A stretch of 64,000 bases of DNA. Origin: Candidatus Peregrinibacteria bacterium GW2011_GWF2_39_17. GTDB lineage: Bacteria > Patescibacteriota > Gracilibacteria > UBA1369 > UBA12473. A program made the position numbers and the translations under genes. The stretch's first letter is position 1. Each line of letters starts with the position of its first letter. Location of the stretch: assembly GCA_000993615.1 (NCBI GenBank), contig LBWM01000004.1, positions 23,810-87,809 of the forward strand, given 5' to 3'. Below, piece after piece: positions 49,665 through 59,434 of the stretch. Under the pieces are notes generated by a model, which saw nothing but the letters and a program-made list of their open reading frames with translations, was not told where the DNA came from and did not search any database.

Positions 49665-51737
49665 ATGCCTTCCCAAACCACCCCTGAATTTTCACAGCCT
49701 AAAAATTACGAAGCTCTCGCTGAAAAATACGGAGTTAAACCAAACGATTACAAACAAATTCGCGATGAAATAAAAGGCTTTTCATTCACTGTATTAACAA
49801 CCGACAAACTTGGACTTTCAAAAAGACTTTTAGATTTTTACGCAAACGATAAAAAAAATTCTATTCCGGTAGCCCAAAAAAAAATGCTAGCCATGTTGGC
49901 TCAACTCACTAAGGCCAGCCAATCCATTCCTGGATTTGATGTGGAAACCATTAAAACGGGAGAAAAATTCACTTTTGAAGGTAATACTGTGAAAATCGAA
50001 CACCCAACAGGAACTTTTCAAGAAACCACTGACCCATCTGATGCGACAAAAAGCATCTCTACGGAAATCGTTGAAATCTTTACATTAAATTTAGCCGGAG
50101 ACCGTCCTCATATTATTGATGAACACCGGCAAGCGCTCGAAGGCACAAAGGTAGCTACGGCCAACGAATGGATCGATCGTAACATCTTGAGTGGCGTTGC
50201 TTTAGCAGGTGCGGGTATTAAAAATTGGGAAAAAGATCGAGATAAATTCACAGAAGCCATTTTAGCCGCTCCTCGTAACGCACAAGCTGAAACCAAAATG
50301 CCAACAACCGAATTGGCAAACGAACTAACCACAATTCAAGAAATGTCAAAAGAAGAAGGTGGAGGAAAATATAGCGCTAAATATAATTTAGCCATTTTAG
50401 ATTTCCTAAGAAAAACACGTGATAATAACCAAAATATGGGGATGTATTGGGCTAATGTACAAGCGTACTTAACCGGACACCAAGATTTAATGAAAGAAAG
50501 GGAAGAAACAAAATTAGAAATACCAACAACGCCTTTAATTGCAACCTCGGAACCATTTTTAAAAGCTACTCCTTCCCCTCTACTTGCCCCATCCGAGCTA
50601 AAGCCAGCCCCCACAGAAACCCAAGCTGCCAATTTTCCAGAAGTTGTATCCGGCGCAGGCCTTGATCTTGAAACCCCAACAGCAGTTATCAATGACCCTG
50701 CCCTTACCCCCGCTGAACAAGCTATGAACGGAAACCCAGTAGTGGCTAACAATGCCGAACAAGCACCTCAACCTGAACCACTAGAAGCAGCCGCTCAAGA
50801 AGTTGTTCCCCTCCCAGAAAATAACCCCGTTGTAGCTGGCGCAGGCCTTGAACTTGAAACCCCACCAACAGTTGTCAATGACCCTGCCCTTACCCCCGCT
50901 GAACAAGCTATGAACGGGAACCCAGTGGTGGCTAACAATGCCGAACAAACACCTCAACCTGAACCACCAAAGGCAGCCGCTCAAGAAGTTGTTCCCCTCC
51001 CAGAAAATAAACCCGTTATAGCCGGCGCAGGCCTTGAACTTACAGATCCACCCATCAACTCCATATCGGCTAATGGCGTTCAAGCAAATGATGTAACTTC
51101 CCATCCTCAAACATCCCTGCCTCCTATCGACGCCTCCGAAAAACCACCCATAAACCCTACCGCCTCTAATAACACCGCACCGCAAACACCCTCAGAAAAT
51201 ACCACGGCATCGCCAGAACAAATTATTCAAAATAATATCACTACTCTTAATCAACAATTCCCGGAACTCCAATTATCGTATCATCATCCTGGATGGGAAT
51301 TGCAGGGAGGAAACATATTCGCAAATATTGAATTTCATCTGGGAACCCAAGTTTATAATCACCTCGTTATAAGTACACCCCAAGCTAGATTGACAAACCC
51401 GGATGACTTTAAAGTGCTTACTATCCAACACATCGAGAAGGCAATTGCGGATTACGCCTCTTGCACAAGTGATACCCTTCCCCCAACAACACTTAACACG
51501 GAATACCAAAATCATCCGGAATTCACGCTTTACTTAATAAAAAATGGCTTACCCCTGGGTGGAAAAATCAAAATAAACATGGTTGATACCGATCAAGTTT
51601 ATTCACCTGAGGGCAATAACATCTTAACTATTAGCTGGGAAAACTCATCCGGAGAACAAACTATTACTATGCCAAATGAAAGATCTATTCAAAGCGCGCT
51701 AGTAAATTTTGTTAGCCAAGACAAAGCTAAACTATAA
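49665..51737 (+). CDS. Hypothetical protein with Pro/Ala/Glu-rich tandem repeat linker
   Basis: 690-aa ORF containing a 62-aa repeat. Confidence 0.75.
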   Translation: MPSQTTPEFSQPKNYEALAEKYGVKPNDYKQIRDEIKGFSFTVLTTDKLGLSKRLLDFYANDKKNSIPVAQKKMLAMLAQLTKASQSIPGFDVETIKTGEKFTFEGNTVKIEHPTGTFQETTDPSDATKSISTEIVEIFTLNLAGDRPHIIDEHRQALEGTKVATANEWIDRNILSGVALAGAGIKNWEKDRDKFTEAILAAPRNAQAETKMPTTELANELTTIQEMSKEEGGGKYSAKYNLAILDFLRKTRDNNQNMGMYWANVQAYLTGHQDLMKEREETKLEIPTTPLIATSEPFLKATPSPLLAPSELKPAPTETQAANFPEVVSGAGLDLETPTAVINDPALTPAEQAMNGNPVVANNAEQAPQPEPLEAAAQEVVPLPENNPVVAGAGLELETPPTVVNDPALTPAEQAMNGNPVVANNAEQTPQPEPPKAAAQEVVPLPENKPVIAGAGLELTDPPINSISANGVQANDVTSHPQTSLPPIDASEKPPINPTASNNTAPQTPSENTTASPEQIIQNNITTLNQQFPELQLSYHHPGWELQGGNIFANIEFHLGTQVYNHLVISTPQARLTNPDDFKVLTIQHIEKAIADYASCTSDTLPPTTLNTEYQNHPEFTLYLIKNGLPLGGKIKINMVDTDQVYSPEGNNILTISWENSSGEQTITMPNERSIQSALVNFVSQDKAKL
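50643..51041 (+). repeat. Intragenic tandem repeat, 186-bp period, about 2.1 copies
   Basis: Units begin at 50643, 50829 and 51015 (GTT(G/A)TA...GGCGCAGGCCTTGA); high nucleotide identity. Confidence 0.95.
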
Positions 51738-51865
51738 CAAAAAGCTAAGACACACCAACGCCAATATCAGATTTAATACGGAAACCCCTTAACAGCAAGG
51801 GAACTTTCTTCTAAAATCAAATTAGGATTAAAATTCGAATACTAAATCACTAACCCCTAGCCAAA

Positions 51866-52201
51866 ATGCACCTTTCCATTTTTACCAAAAAACTAACCGA
51901 TATTGAAAAAGACTTACTAGAAACTTATCTCAAAACAAAAACTCCTCGTTTAGAAAAATTTCTCACTGAATTTGACGAAGATGCCGTTAAATTGCAAGTT
52001 ATTGCGGAAAAATTCATTAATAAAAATGCGTATAAAGTTGAAATGATTTTAGAAATACCGAAAATCGGGAACAAGCCACTTTGCGCCTCAGAGGATAGTC
52101 GCGATTTACAAAAAGCCGTAGACCTTGCCAAAGATAAATTAGTGGAACAAATCAAAAAGGGTATGGACCTTTTACATCATCAAAACCAAAGAGCCACCTA
52201 A
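51866..52201 (+). CDS. Ribosome hibernation factor HPF/RaiA family
   Basis: Size and pattern (LEKF..., LCASEDSRDLQKAVDLAKDKLVEQIKK). Confidence 0.8.
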   Translation: MHLSIFTKKLTDIEKDLLETYLKTKTPRLEKFLTEFDEDAVKLQVIAEKFINKNAYKVEMILEIPKIGNKPLCASEDSRDLQKAVDLAKDKLVEQIKKGMDLLHHQNQRAT

Positions 52202-52223
52202 AAACCATTGTGAAATTTGCCCA

Positions 52224-53414
52224 ATGATTTACCTTGATCATGCCGCAGCCACCCCGCTTGATGTCCGCGTTCTTAACACTATATTGCCCTATTTCCACGA
52301 AAAATATGGCAATCCTTCGAGCCTCCATACTTTTGGACAACAATCCCGTGAAGCAATCAACCAAGCACGACAACTCATTGCTAATTTTATTGAGTGCAAC
52401 CCAAAGGAAATTATTTTCACCAGCAGCGGCACAGAAAGTAATAATTTGGCTATTTTTGGCATTGCTCAAGCCTACGAAAAACACGGCCATCACCTTATTA
52501 CCACTCAAATTGAACATGAATCCGTACTAGAACCATACCGACATTTAGAAAAACAAGGCTGGGAAGTGACCTATTTACCAGTTGATCGAGATGGAATCGT
52601 AAAAATCGCAGCCCTAGAAAAAGCTTTATCACCAAAAACAACCCTTGTTTCCATAATGACTGCCAATAACGAAATTGGCACAATTCAACCTATTAAAAAA
52701 TTTGCCGCTATTATCAAAAAATATAAAGACAAACAAAAACCGCGCCCTGATCAAGAAACTAAACTTACCCCTCCCTTTTTCCACACTGATGCTTGCCAAG
52801 CTGCCGGAACCCTCGGGATAAACCACAACTCACTTGGTATAGACCTGCTTTCTTTTAATGGCAGTAAAATTTATGGACCAAAAGGTATCGGGGCTCTATA
52901 TCTTAAAAAAGGCATTAATTTAACTTCTCAACAATACGGGGGAAGCCAAGAATACAAACGCCGAGCCGGTACCGAAAACGTGCCTGCCATTATTGGCCTA
53001 GCCAAAGCCCTAGAAATTGCCCAACAGTCACAAACAGTTGAAAATAAACGCCTCATTAAATTACGCGATTATTGCTTTAAAAAAATTCAAATTAACCTTA
53101 AAAATATCATTTTAAACGGCCATTTAACTCAAAGATTGCCAAATAATCTCAATTTAACCATTAAAGGAATCGAAGGCGAAATTTTACTCATGCGTCTGGA
53201 CCAAGCCGGAATATTTGCTTCGGCTGGCTCTGCCTGTACCGCGGGCTCCACCGAGCCATCGCATGTTTTAAGAGCCATTGGCCGCTCCAAACAAGAAGCT
53301 TACGGCTCAATTCGCTTCTCTCTTGGTCACTCCAATGATGAAGTCCAAATAAAGCACTTTTTAAAAACTTTTTTACAAATTGTAAAGGAAATTAGGGCCG
53401 AATCCGGACGATAA
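52224..53414 (+). CDS. iscS: Cysteine desulfurase (IscS/NifS group I)
   Basis: IYLDHAAATP, GNPSSLH, TSSGTESNN, HTDACQ, KIYGPKG, RAGTEN, SAGSAC. Confidence 0.94.
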   Translation: MIYLDHAAATPLDVRVLNTILPYFHEKYGNPSSLHTFGQQSREAINQARQLIANFIECNPKEIIFTSSGTESNNLAIFGIAQAYEKHGHHLITTQIEHESVLEPYRHLEKQGWEVTYLPVDRDGIVKIAALEKALSPKTTLVSIMTANNEIGTIQPIKKFAAIIKKYKDKQKPRPDQETKLTPPFFHTDACQAAGTLGINHNSLGIDLLSFNGSKIYGPKGIGALYLKKGINLTSQQYGGSQEYKRRAGTENVPAIIGLAKALEIAQQSQTVENKRLIKLRDYCFKKIQINLKNIILNGHLTQRLPNNLNLTIKGIEGEILLMRLDQAGIFASAGSACTAGSTEPSHVLRAIGRSKQEAYGSIRFSLGHSNDEVQIKHFLKTFLQIVKEIRAESGR

Positions 53415-53533
53415 AAACAACAAATAACTGCAAAAATTTTAAAACTATCCAACTCATTTAAACAAATGAAAAGCAACTTTTTTTATCCCTCTGATTATTA
53501 TATAATACAAACTACTTAAACTTCGTTTAAATT

Positions 53534-55075
53534 ATGGAAATCATCACCCTTCTTTCCGGTGTAATAATCGGCATTCTGGGACTTATGCGCCTTATCCCTT
53601 CCAAAGAAGGTAAAATTTTAGCCGAAACTCAAACTAAAATTCATCAAATTTTAGAAACCAGCAAAAAAGAGGCATCCCAAATCCGTCACGACACTAAAAC
53701 CAATTTGCAAGATATTGTCCAGTACGAACAGGATGAAAATAAAAGAATGGAAAATCATGTAAACCGCCTAGAAGAAGCCCTTAAACTTAAAGAAAAACAC
53801 ACCAAAGAACGATTAGACAAAACCATCGCTGACCAAAACTTACTACAAACGGAAAAAGAAACCATTCTTGCCTTAAAAAAATCCATTGAAGATCAAAAAC
53901 AAGAATCTATTAATCTTTTACTTAAAAAAACCACTCAAAATTATCAAGAAATTGTCCAAGAAATTATCGAAAAATTAACTCAAGATTATTTAAAACGTAA
54001 AGATAGATTCCTTAAAAGACACCTTGAAAACCTTGAAGAAGACAGCTCCAAATTAGCAAAAAACATCCTCACCGAAACAATTCAGCGCTACGGGGCACCA
54101 AGCTCGGTTGACCATTCTACCACCCTAATTGAAGTAAAAAACGAAAAATTCAAAGCCGTTTTAGTTGGGAAAGAAGCTGAAAACATCAATTATTTAGAAG
54201 AAAAAGCTGAAGTAACTATCATTTTTAATGATGCACCCAAAACCATCACTGTAACCGGAAATCATCTTCTTAAACGCCAAATCGTCAAATGGACAATCGA
54301 ACATTTACAAAAAATTGATAAACCAATTACCCCAAGCACTATTGATGACGCCCTAAAAAAAGGAGAAACTAAAACAAACGAAATCATGCAACAAATCGCT
54401 GAAAAAATTCTTAAAAGATTTGAACTCGAAAATGCTCCGCCTGAAATTAAACAATATATTGGTAGGCTTTATTTTAGAACCAGCTATGGCCAAAATGTCC
54501 TCAAGCACAGCATCGAAGTAGGCATGTTCGCAGGTTTAATTGCCGCAGCAGTAGGCGCCAATGTTAAAGTGGCTCGTCTAGCCGGCTTCCTACACGATAT
54601 TGGCAAGGCTATTTCCGAAGAAAGCGACAAGGGTCACGATCATCTTACTAAAGAAATTTTAGAAAAGTACAATTACCCGGAAGAAGTTATTCATGCTGCT
54701 TGGGCTCATCACGAAGCTGTGCCTACTCAAAGCCTGGAAGCCAAAATTATCATGGCTGCCGATGCCCTTTCTGCCAGCAGGCCAGGTGCTCGCCTTGAAT
54801 CTTTAGATCGCTATTTGAAACGCATTAAAGCTCTCGAGAGCACAGCCGCTTCCTTCCCGGGCATCAAAAAAACCTTTGCTATCTCCGCAGGGAGGGAAGT
54901 ACGCGTCGTGGTTCAACCTCAACAAATTAGCGATAAGGATTTAAAAACCCTAGCCCATAACATTGCCCAAAAAATTGAAACTGACCTTACCTATCCAGGA
55001 AATATTAAAGTAAATGTCATCCGCAGACTGTGGTGGTCAGCTAAAACAAAAACCATGCCCGAATCCTCCCTATAA
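53534..55075 (+). CDS. rny: Ribonuclease Y
   Basis: N-terminal TM, coiled coil, RTSYGQNVLKHS, HDIGKA, ADALSASRPGAR, AGREVRV. Confidence 0.92.
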   Translation: MEIITLLSGVIIGILGLMRLIPSKEGKILAETQTKIHQILETSKKEASQIRHDTKTNLQDIVQYEQDENKRMENHVNRLEEALKLKEKHTKERLDKTIADQNLLQTEKETILALKKSIEDQKQESINLLLKKTTQNYQEIVQEIIEKLTQDYLKRKDRFLKRHLENLEEDSSKLAKNILTETIQRYGAPSSVDHSTTLIEVKNEKFKAVLVGKEAENINYLEEKAEVTIIFNDAPKTITVTGNHLLKRQIVKWTIEHLQKIDKPITPSTIDDALKKGETKTNEIMQQIAEKILKRFELENAPPEIKQYIGRLYFRTSYGQNVLKHSIEVGMFAGLIAAAVGANVKVARLAGFLHDIGKAISEESDKGHDHLTKEILEKYNYPEEVIHAAWAHHEAVPTQSLEAKIIMAADALSASRPGARLESLDRYLKRIKALESTAASFPGIKKTFAISAGREVRVVVQPQQISDKDLKTLAHNIAQKIETDLTYPGNIKVNVIRRLWWSAKTKTMPESSL

Positions 55076-55092
55076 ATTATCCCACTTGCTCT

Positions 55093-55464
55093 ATGTTTAA
55101 TTCCAAAAAAAATAACCCCACATCCTCCAAAAGTACCATTGATAAAATCGTCATGGGCGCCATTATCGGTACCGCTATTGGATCTGTTATTGGACTTGCG
55201 GTAGCCCCAAAAAAGGGTTCGGAAACTCAAAAAATAATTAAAAATACTTATCAAAAAAACTTGCATTCTATCAAAATCTTAACCACCGAAACTAGCCAAG
55301 GAATTTTCAAATTATTCAAAAAAATCTTTAAAAGAGAAAAAAGCGAATCACCCCCTAAGCAAACACCCATCGACCCCACTTCTGTTCGGGCCTCCACCTT
55401 TGATCAAACTCACGAACCTCTTAAAAAAATCCCCACCGAAACAGAAAAAACCACCTCTCTCTAA
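55093..55464 (+). CDS. YtxH-like protein
   Basis: GAIIGTAIGSVIGLAVAPKKGSET. Confidence 0.85.
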   Translation: MFNSKKNNPTSSKSTIDKIVMGAIIGTAIGSVIGLAVAPKKGSETQKIIKNTYQKNLHSIKILTTETSQGIFKLFKKIFKREKSESPPKQTPIDPTSVRASTFDQTHEPLKKIPTETEKTTSL

Positions 55465-55472
55465 AAACTTTC

Positions 55473-56663
55473 ATGGAAATTCAAAATCTCTTCCTTATCA
55501 TAATCTCAGTTTGGGGAATAGGAGTAATATTTCGTAAATTGAATTTACCTGTTCTTTTAGGTGAATTACTAGCTGGCTTAATTCTAGGGCCGGCTCTTTT
55601 AGGGGTATTCCAAAATACAGTCAGTATCCAAATACTTTCCGAATTAGGAATCTTTTTTCTTATGCTTCATGCGGGTCTGGAAAGCAACCCCCACGAATTA
55701 CTAAATGCTTCCAAAAAATCAATCTTGATCGCACTTGGAGGAGTTATTTTGCCGTTAGTACTGGGAATAGTAGTCGCGAAATCTTTTGGTTTTAATTTTT
55801 TAGAATCGCTTTTTATTGGTATGAGCCTCTCCGTAACCGCGATTGCCGTTACCACCAAAGTCTTCAAGGAATTCAAATTTAACAAATCGGAAATTGCGCA
55901 TTTAACCATGAGCGCAGCTATTATCGACGACATTCTCGCCTTTTTAATGCTTTCCATTATCCTTGGGGTTGTGCAAAAAAATAGCCTTTTTAATTGGGTT
56001 GATTTTCTGATTATTGTTGGAAAAGTTAGCTTATTTTTTGGTGGCGTTATTATTATTGGTCAAAAATTATTACCTATTTTTAAAAAAATTTTTCAGGAAC
56101 AGGGGCACAAGGCTTTTACTTTTTTACTGGTCATTGCCCTGGCCTTCGGATTATTAGCAGAAAAAATCGGTTTACATAGTATTTTAGGGGCTTATTTAGC
56201 TGGGTTATTCGTCAAAGAAGAAATCACGCATCCGGAAGTTTATCGCAAATTGGAAGATCGCCTATTTGCTCTAAGTTATAGTTTTTTAGGCCCTATTTTT
56301 TTTATCAGCCTGGGATTTCATGTGGATTTTAAAATTTTTCAGGACTCAAGCATGCTCATCTTCTTAATTCTAATTATTCTGGCTGCCATTACCGGTAAAA
56401 TAATCGGAGCCGGGGGAATAGCTTACGGATTACGTAAAAATATTCATGAAGCCTTGATAATTGGCATCAGTATGAATGGACGAGGCGCAGTCGAACTCAT
56501 CATCGCGGTTATTGGCCTAGAGCAAGGGTTGATCAACTCTCAGGTTTTTTCAGTTTTAATCCTCATGGCTTTTATTACCACCCTTATGACCCCGATCAGC
56601 CTAAAATACGCCCTAAAGGGACTAAAAAACTATTCCAACTCATCTCTACCAATACCGTCCTGA
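55473..56663 (+). CDS. Cation:proton antiporter (CPA2, NapA-like)
   Basis: GELLAGLILGP, SVTAIAV, AAIIDDI, GAYLAGL, MNGRGAV. Confidence 0.92.
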   Translation: MEIQNLFLIIISVWGIGVIFRKLNLPVLLGELLAGLILGPALLGVFQNTVSIQILSELGIFFLMLHAGLESNPHELLNASKKSILIALGGVILPLVLGIVVAKSFGFNFLESLFIGMSLSVTAIAVTTKVFKEFKFNKSEIAHLTMSAAIIDDILAFLMLSIILGVVQKNSLFNWVDFLIIVGKVSLFFGGVIIIGQKLLPIFKKIFQEQGHKAFTFLLVIALAFGLLAEKIGLHSILGAYLAGLFVKEEITHPEVYRKLEDRLFALSYSFLGPIFFISLGFHVDFKIFQDSSMLIFLILIILAAITGKIIGAGGIAYGLRKNIHEALIIGISMNGRGAVELIIAVIGLEQGLINSQVFSVLILMAFITTLMTPISLKYALKGLKNYSNSSLPIPS

Positions 56664-57024
56664 CCAATACTATTGTCACCTAAACATCCCTCAAATACCA
56701 CTCCCAATCTAGATCCGAATACCGTTCTGAGTGTTTGAATCTCTTTAGGATTTAACACCCCTTCAGTTGCTAAAATAGCTAAAGCTTCTAACTCTTGCTC
56801 TGCCCCGACTACCTGCTCATCATCCTCGCTATTAACTGCTAATCCCAAAATATCCGCTACTGCCCTCAAAAGTTTTGCCAATCTAGATTTATCGCTGCGG
56901 GTAAAACATACGCGTTACTACTTACAGTATTTAAAGCTACCCTAACCTCCGTTTCAGCGACACAATCCGCCGCTGTTCTCTGAAGCACAGCCTGAGAAGA
57001 TGCATCTATCGATTTGTCACCCAT
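56630..57024 (-). pseudogene. Possibly frameshifted orphan (two overlapping ORFs)
   Basis: ORF from ATG 57024 stops at 56866 and overlaps a second frame open to 56630; one extra base would fuse them. Confidence 0.35.
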
Positions 57025-57150
57025 AGAAAAATTTTTAAAATTAAGGCTGTATTTTAACAAAACTTTTTTATTTTTGTCAAATTTTATTTTCCTAAAGCCA
57101 AATATCACCTATACTAAACTCGTCATTCAATACCAGCCAAAATATTTTTT

Positions 57151-59043
57151 ATGTTTTTAAGTCCCTCAAACCTAACCCTAATCAAATGGTTTCGACAAGC
57201 GCGAAACGCCTACCGCATACCTCTTATTCTATCTTTACTAATACTCATCGGCGGAATTTTAACCATTGGCTTCGAAGTTCTATACAAGGGCAAAGTAATG
57301 CCAAACACCTATGCTTTCCACCAAAATATCAGCTTTCAAAAGGCTTCTTTGGCTCAAGTTAATTACTCCAAAAACCTAACCAAATTTCAATCTACTCCGC
57401 TCACCATCCTTTTTAAGGGTCAAGTCTACACCTTCACCCTCGATCAGCTCGGTATTACCATTGACCAAGCCGCCAGCCTTAAAAATATCCCCATTATCAA
57501 ACCCGAAAATGAATTTTGGAAGTTTTTAGTCGACTGCTTAAAATTCAAAAACGTCCAAAGCGCCTTTACGATTGATAATGAACAGCTGCAAACCACCATT
57601 AATGCCACCATCGTTGATCTAAATATGAATGTCCAAGACGCGCGTTTAATTTGGGATGAAAGTAGTAAAGATTTCCTCATTTTGCCGGAACAAATTGGCT
57701 GGAAAACAAATTGGGAAGAATTTCAAGCTTCGCTCTCTCAACATATTGCCTTTTTAGATCAAACCCCGCTTGAGATCACTTTCACCACCCTAAACCCGCA
57801 AATTACCAGCATTGATTTAGAGTCTGATCAAAAAAATCTCAAAACCAAACTCAGCCAAACCACCACCTTAATTTCCGGCCTTGATACTTGGCAATTTAAC
57901 TGGTTTTCGCATCTAGACTGGCTCCAATTCGAATCAATCAAAACTCACAATTTCAGTATATCTCATAAACAATTACCTAGCGTCTTAATTCCGCAAACTT
58001 TCGCTGCCTACCAAACCACGGATTCAAACTCAACCATTAAAATATCCCTCAACTCAGATCATTTCACCCAATATATCACTGAAAATTTAACCCCAGAACT
58101 CGAACAAGATCCCCAAGATGTCACTATCTTAAAAGATAAAACCACAGGCAAAATCACTTTTGAAGGCGTTGCTTTTAACGGTTATCAAATCGAAACCAGC
58201 AATTTAAAAGAACTCATCGAAATAGCCTTAACTCAAAAAATTCAAACCGTAGAAATTCCTTTAAAAGAAATTCCAGCCAAGATCAATGCTCCGCAAGAAT
58301 TGATAGATTTAGGGATTAAAGAATTGATCGCCACCGGCTATACCGGCTATTTTCACTCCACCGCAAACCGCAAAACAAACATTGCCGTCGCCATGTCTAG
58401 GTTCGAAGGAATAATGGTCGCACCAGGAGAAAAATTTTCTTTCGACAAACAACTGGGTGTTGTAGATGGGAGTACCGGTTTTGTAAAAGAATTAGTCATC
58501 AAAGAAGACCGCACCATCCCTGAATACGGAGGTGGAGTTTGCCAAGTTTCTTCAACCATGTTTCGAGCCATCGTTTTTGGTGGATTCCCAATTGTGATTC
58601 GTCATCCTCATTCCTATGCGGTTTCCTATTATTCCTATCCCGATGGTTGGGGACTCGATGCAACCGTTTACCCACCTTTAGTTGATTTAGTATTTGAAAA
58701 CGACACCGGACATTCCATCCTCATTCAACCGTATTTAACTGGAAACAATGAAGCGTATTTTAAATTTTACGGCACCAGCGACCATCGAAAAGTGGAATTG
58801 GACGGCCCGTACATCAGCAATCGACATGGAGCACCGGCTGTTCAGTACATTGAAACCGACGAATTAGCGCCTGGAGAAAAAAAGAAAATCGATGGCGCCG
58901 TCAATGGCTTCACCGCCACTTGGTATCGCACAGTCACTTATGCCGATGGGCGCGTCGTAAAAGAAACAATCGTGAGCCCTTATGAAGCCCGCGGCGAAAA
59001 ATGGCTGATGGGGAAAGAAGTGACTACTACTGAAGGGGAATAA
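57151..59043 (+). CDS. VanW-family protein with peptidoglycan-binding and G5-like domains
   Basis: NRKTNI, PGEKFSF, GGGVCQVSSTMF, HPHSY, GLDATVY, DLVFENDT. Confidence 0.9.
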   Translation: MFLSPSNLTLIKWFRQARNAYRIPLILSLLILIGGILTIGFEVLYKGKVMPNTYAFHQNISFQKASLAQVNYSKNLTKFQSTPLTILFKGQVYTFTLDQLGITIDQAASLKNIPIIKPENEFWKFLVDCLKFKNVQSAFTIDNEQLQTTINATIVDLNMNVQDARLIWDESSKDFLILPEQIGWKTNWEEFQASLSQHIAFLDQTPLEITFTTLNPQITSIDLESDQKNLKTKLSQTTTLISGLDTWQFNWFSHLDWLQFESIKTHNFSISHKQLPSVLIPQTFAAYQTTDSNSTIKISLNSDHFTQYITENLTPELEQDPQDVTILKDKTTGKITFEGVAFNGYQIETSNLKELIEIALTQKIQTVEIPLKEIPAKINAPQELIDLGIKELIATGYTGYFHSTANRKTNIAVAMSRFEGIMVAPGEKFSFDKQLGVVDGSTGFVKELVIKEDRTIPEYGGGVCQVSSTMFRAIVFGGFPIVIRHPHSYAVSYYSYPDGWGLDATVYPPLVDLVFENDTGHSILIQPYLTGNNEAYFKFYGTSDHRKVELDGPYISNRHGAPAVQYIETDELAPGEKKKIDGAVNGFTATWYRTVTYADGRVVKETIVSPYEARGEKWLMGKEVTTTEGE

Positions 59044-59074
59044 AGAAAAACTTTATTATGAAAATTCTTTAAAA

Positions 59075-59404
59075 TCACCCCTTTTTAGCCCACTCTAAAA
59101 GATCGGAATATTGATCTTCTGGTCTGATCTTATTGAGTACGCCCATCGCTCTAGCTTCAGTTACACCAACAAGATCGGTTGGCAGCGAAAAAGAAGGCCC
59201 TACACTTCCCTTGCTTATTGCAACGTGATATAGGAACTCGCTGGCGGAACCAGCCCTCAACGAATTCGGCACAGAAAACTCCTGGATACAAGCAGATCCA
59301 TCCCTGAAATGTACAGGCTGGTATTGACAGTGATCTTTATAATTTACTCTAGGGACATCCATAACAGGGTCACCAGTTCCCATCACAGTAGAGGGATTTT
59401 CCAT
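59075..59404 (-). CDS. Hypothetical protein
   Basis: 109-aa ORF co-oriented downstream of the desulfidase gene. Confidence 0.55.
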   Translation of the reverse strand: MENPSTVMGTGDPVMDVPRVNYKDHCQYQPVHFRDGSACIQEFSVPNSLRAGSASEFLYHVAISKGSVGPSFSLPTDLVGVTEARAMGVLNKIRPEDQYSDLLEWAKKG

Positions 59405-59434
59405 AAATTGAGTGAGTTAAAAAATTAAAATGAA

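Noticed and set aside
49489-49695. N-terminal extension of the 541-aa ORF call
   Set aside because: It spans the AT-rich divergent promoter region and overlaps the opposite gene's start; the downstream ATG is preferred
50643-51041. Possible CRISPR array or mobile-element repeat
   Set aside because: In-frame 186-bp coding duplication without spacers; no cas, transposase or integrase seen anywhere in the window
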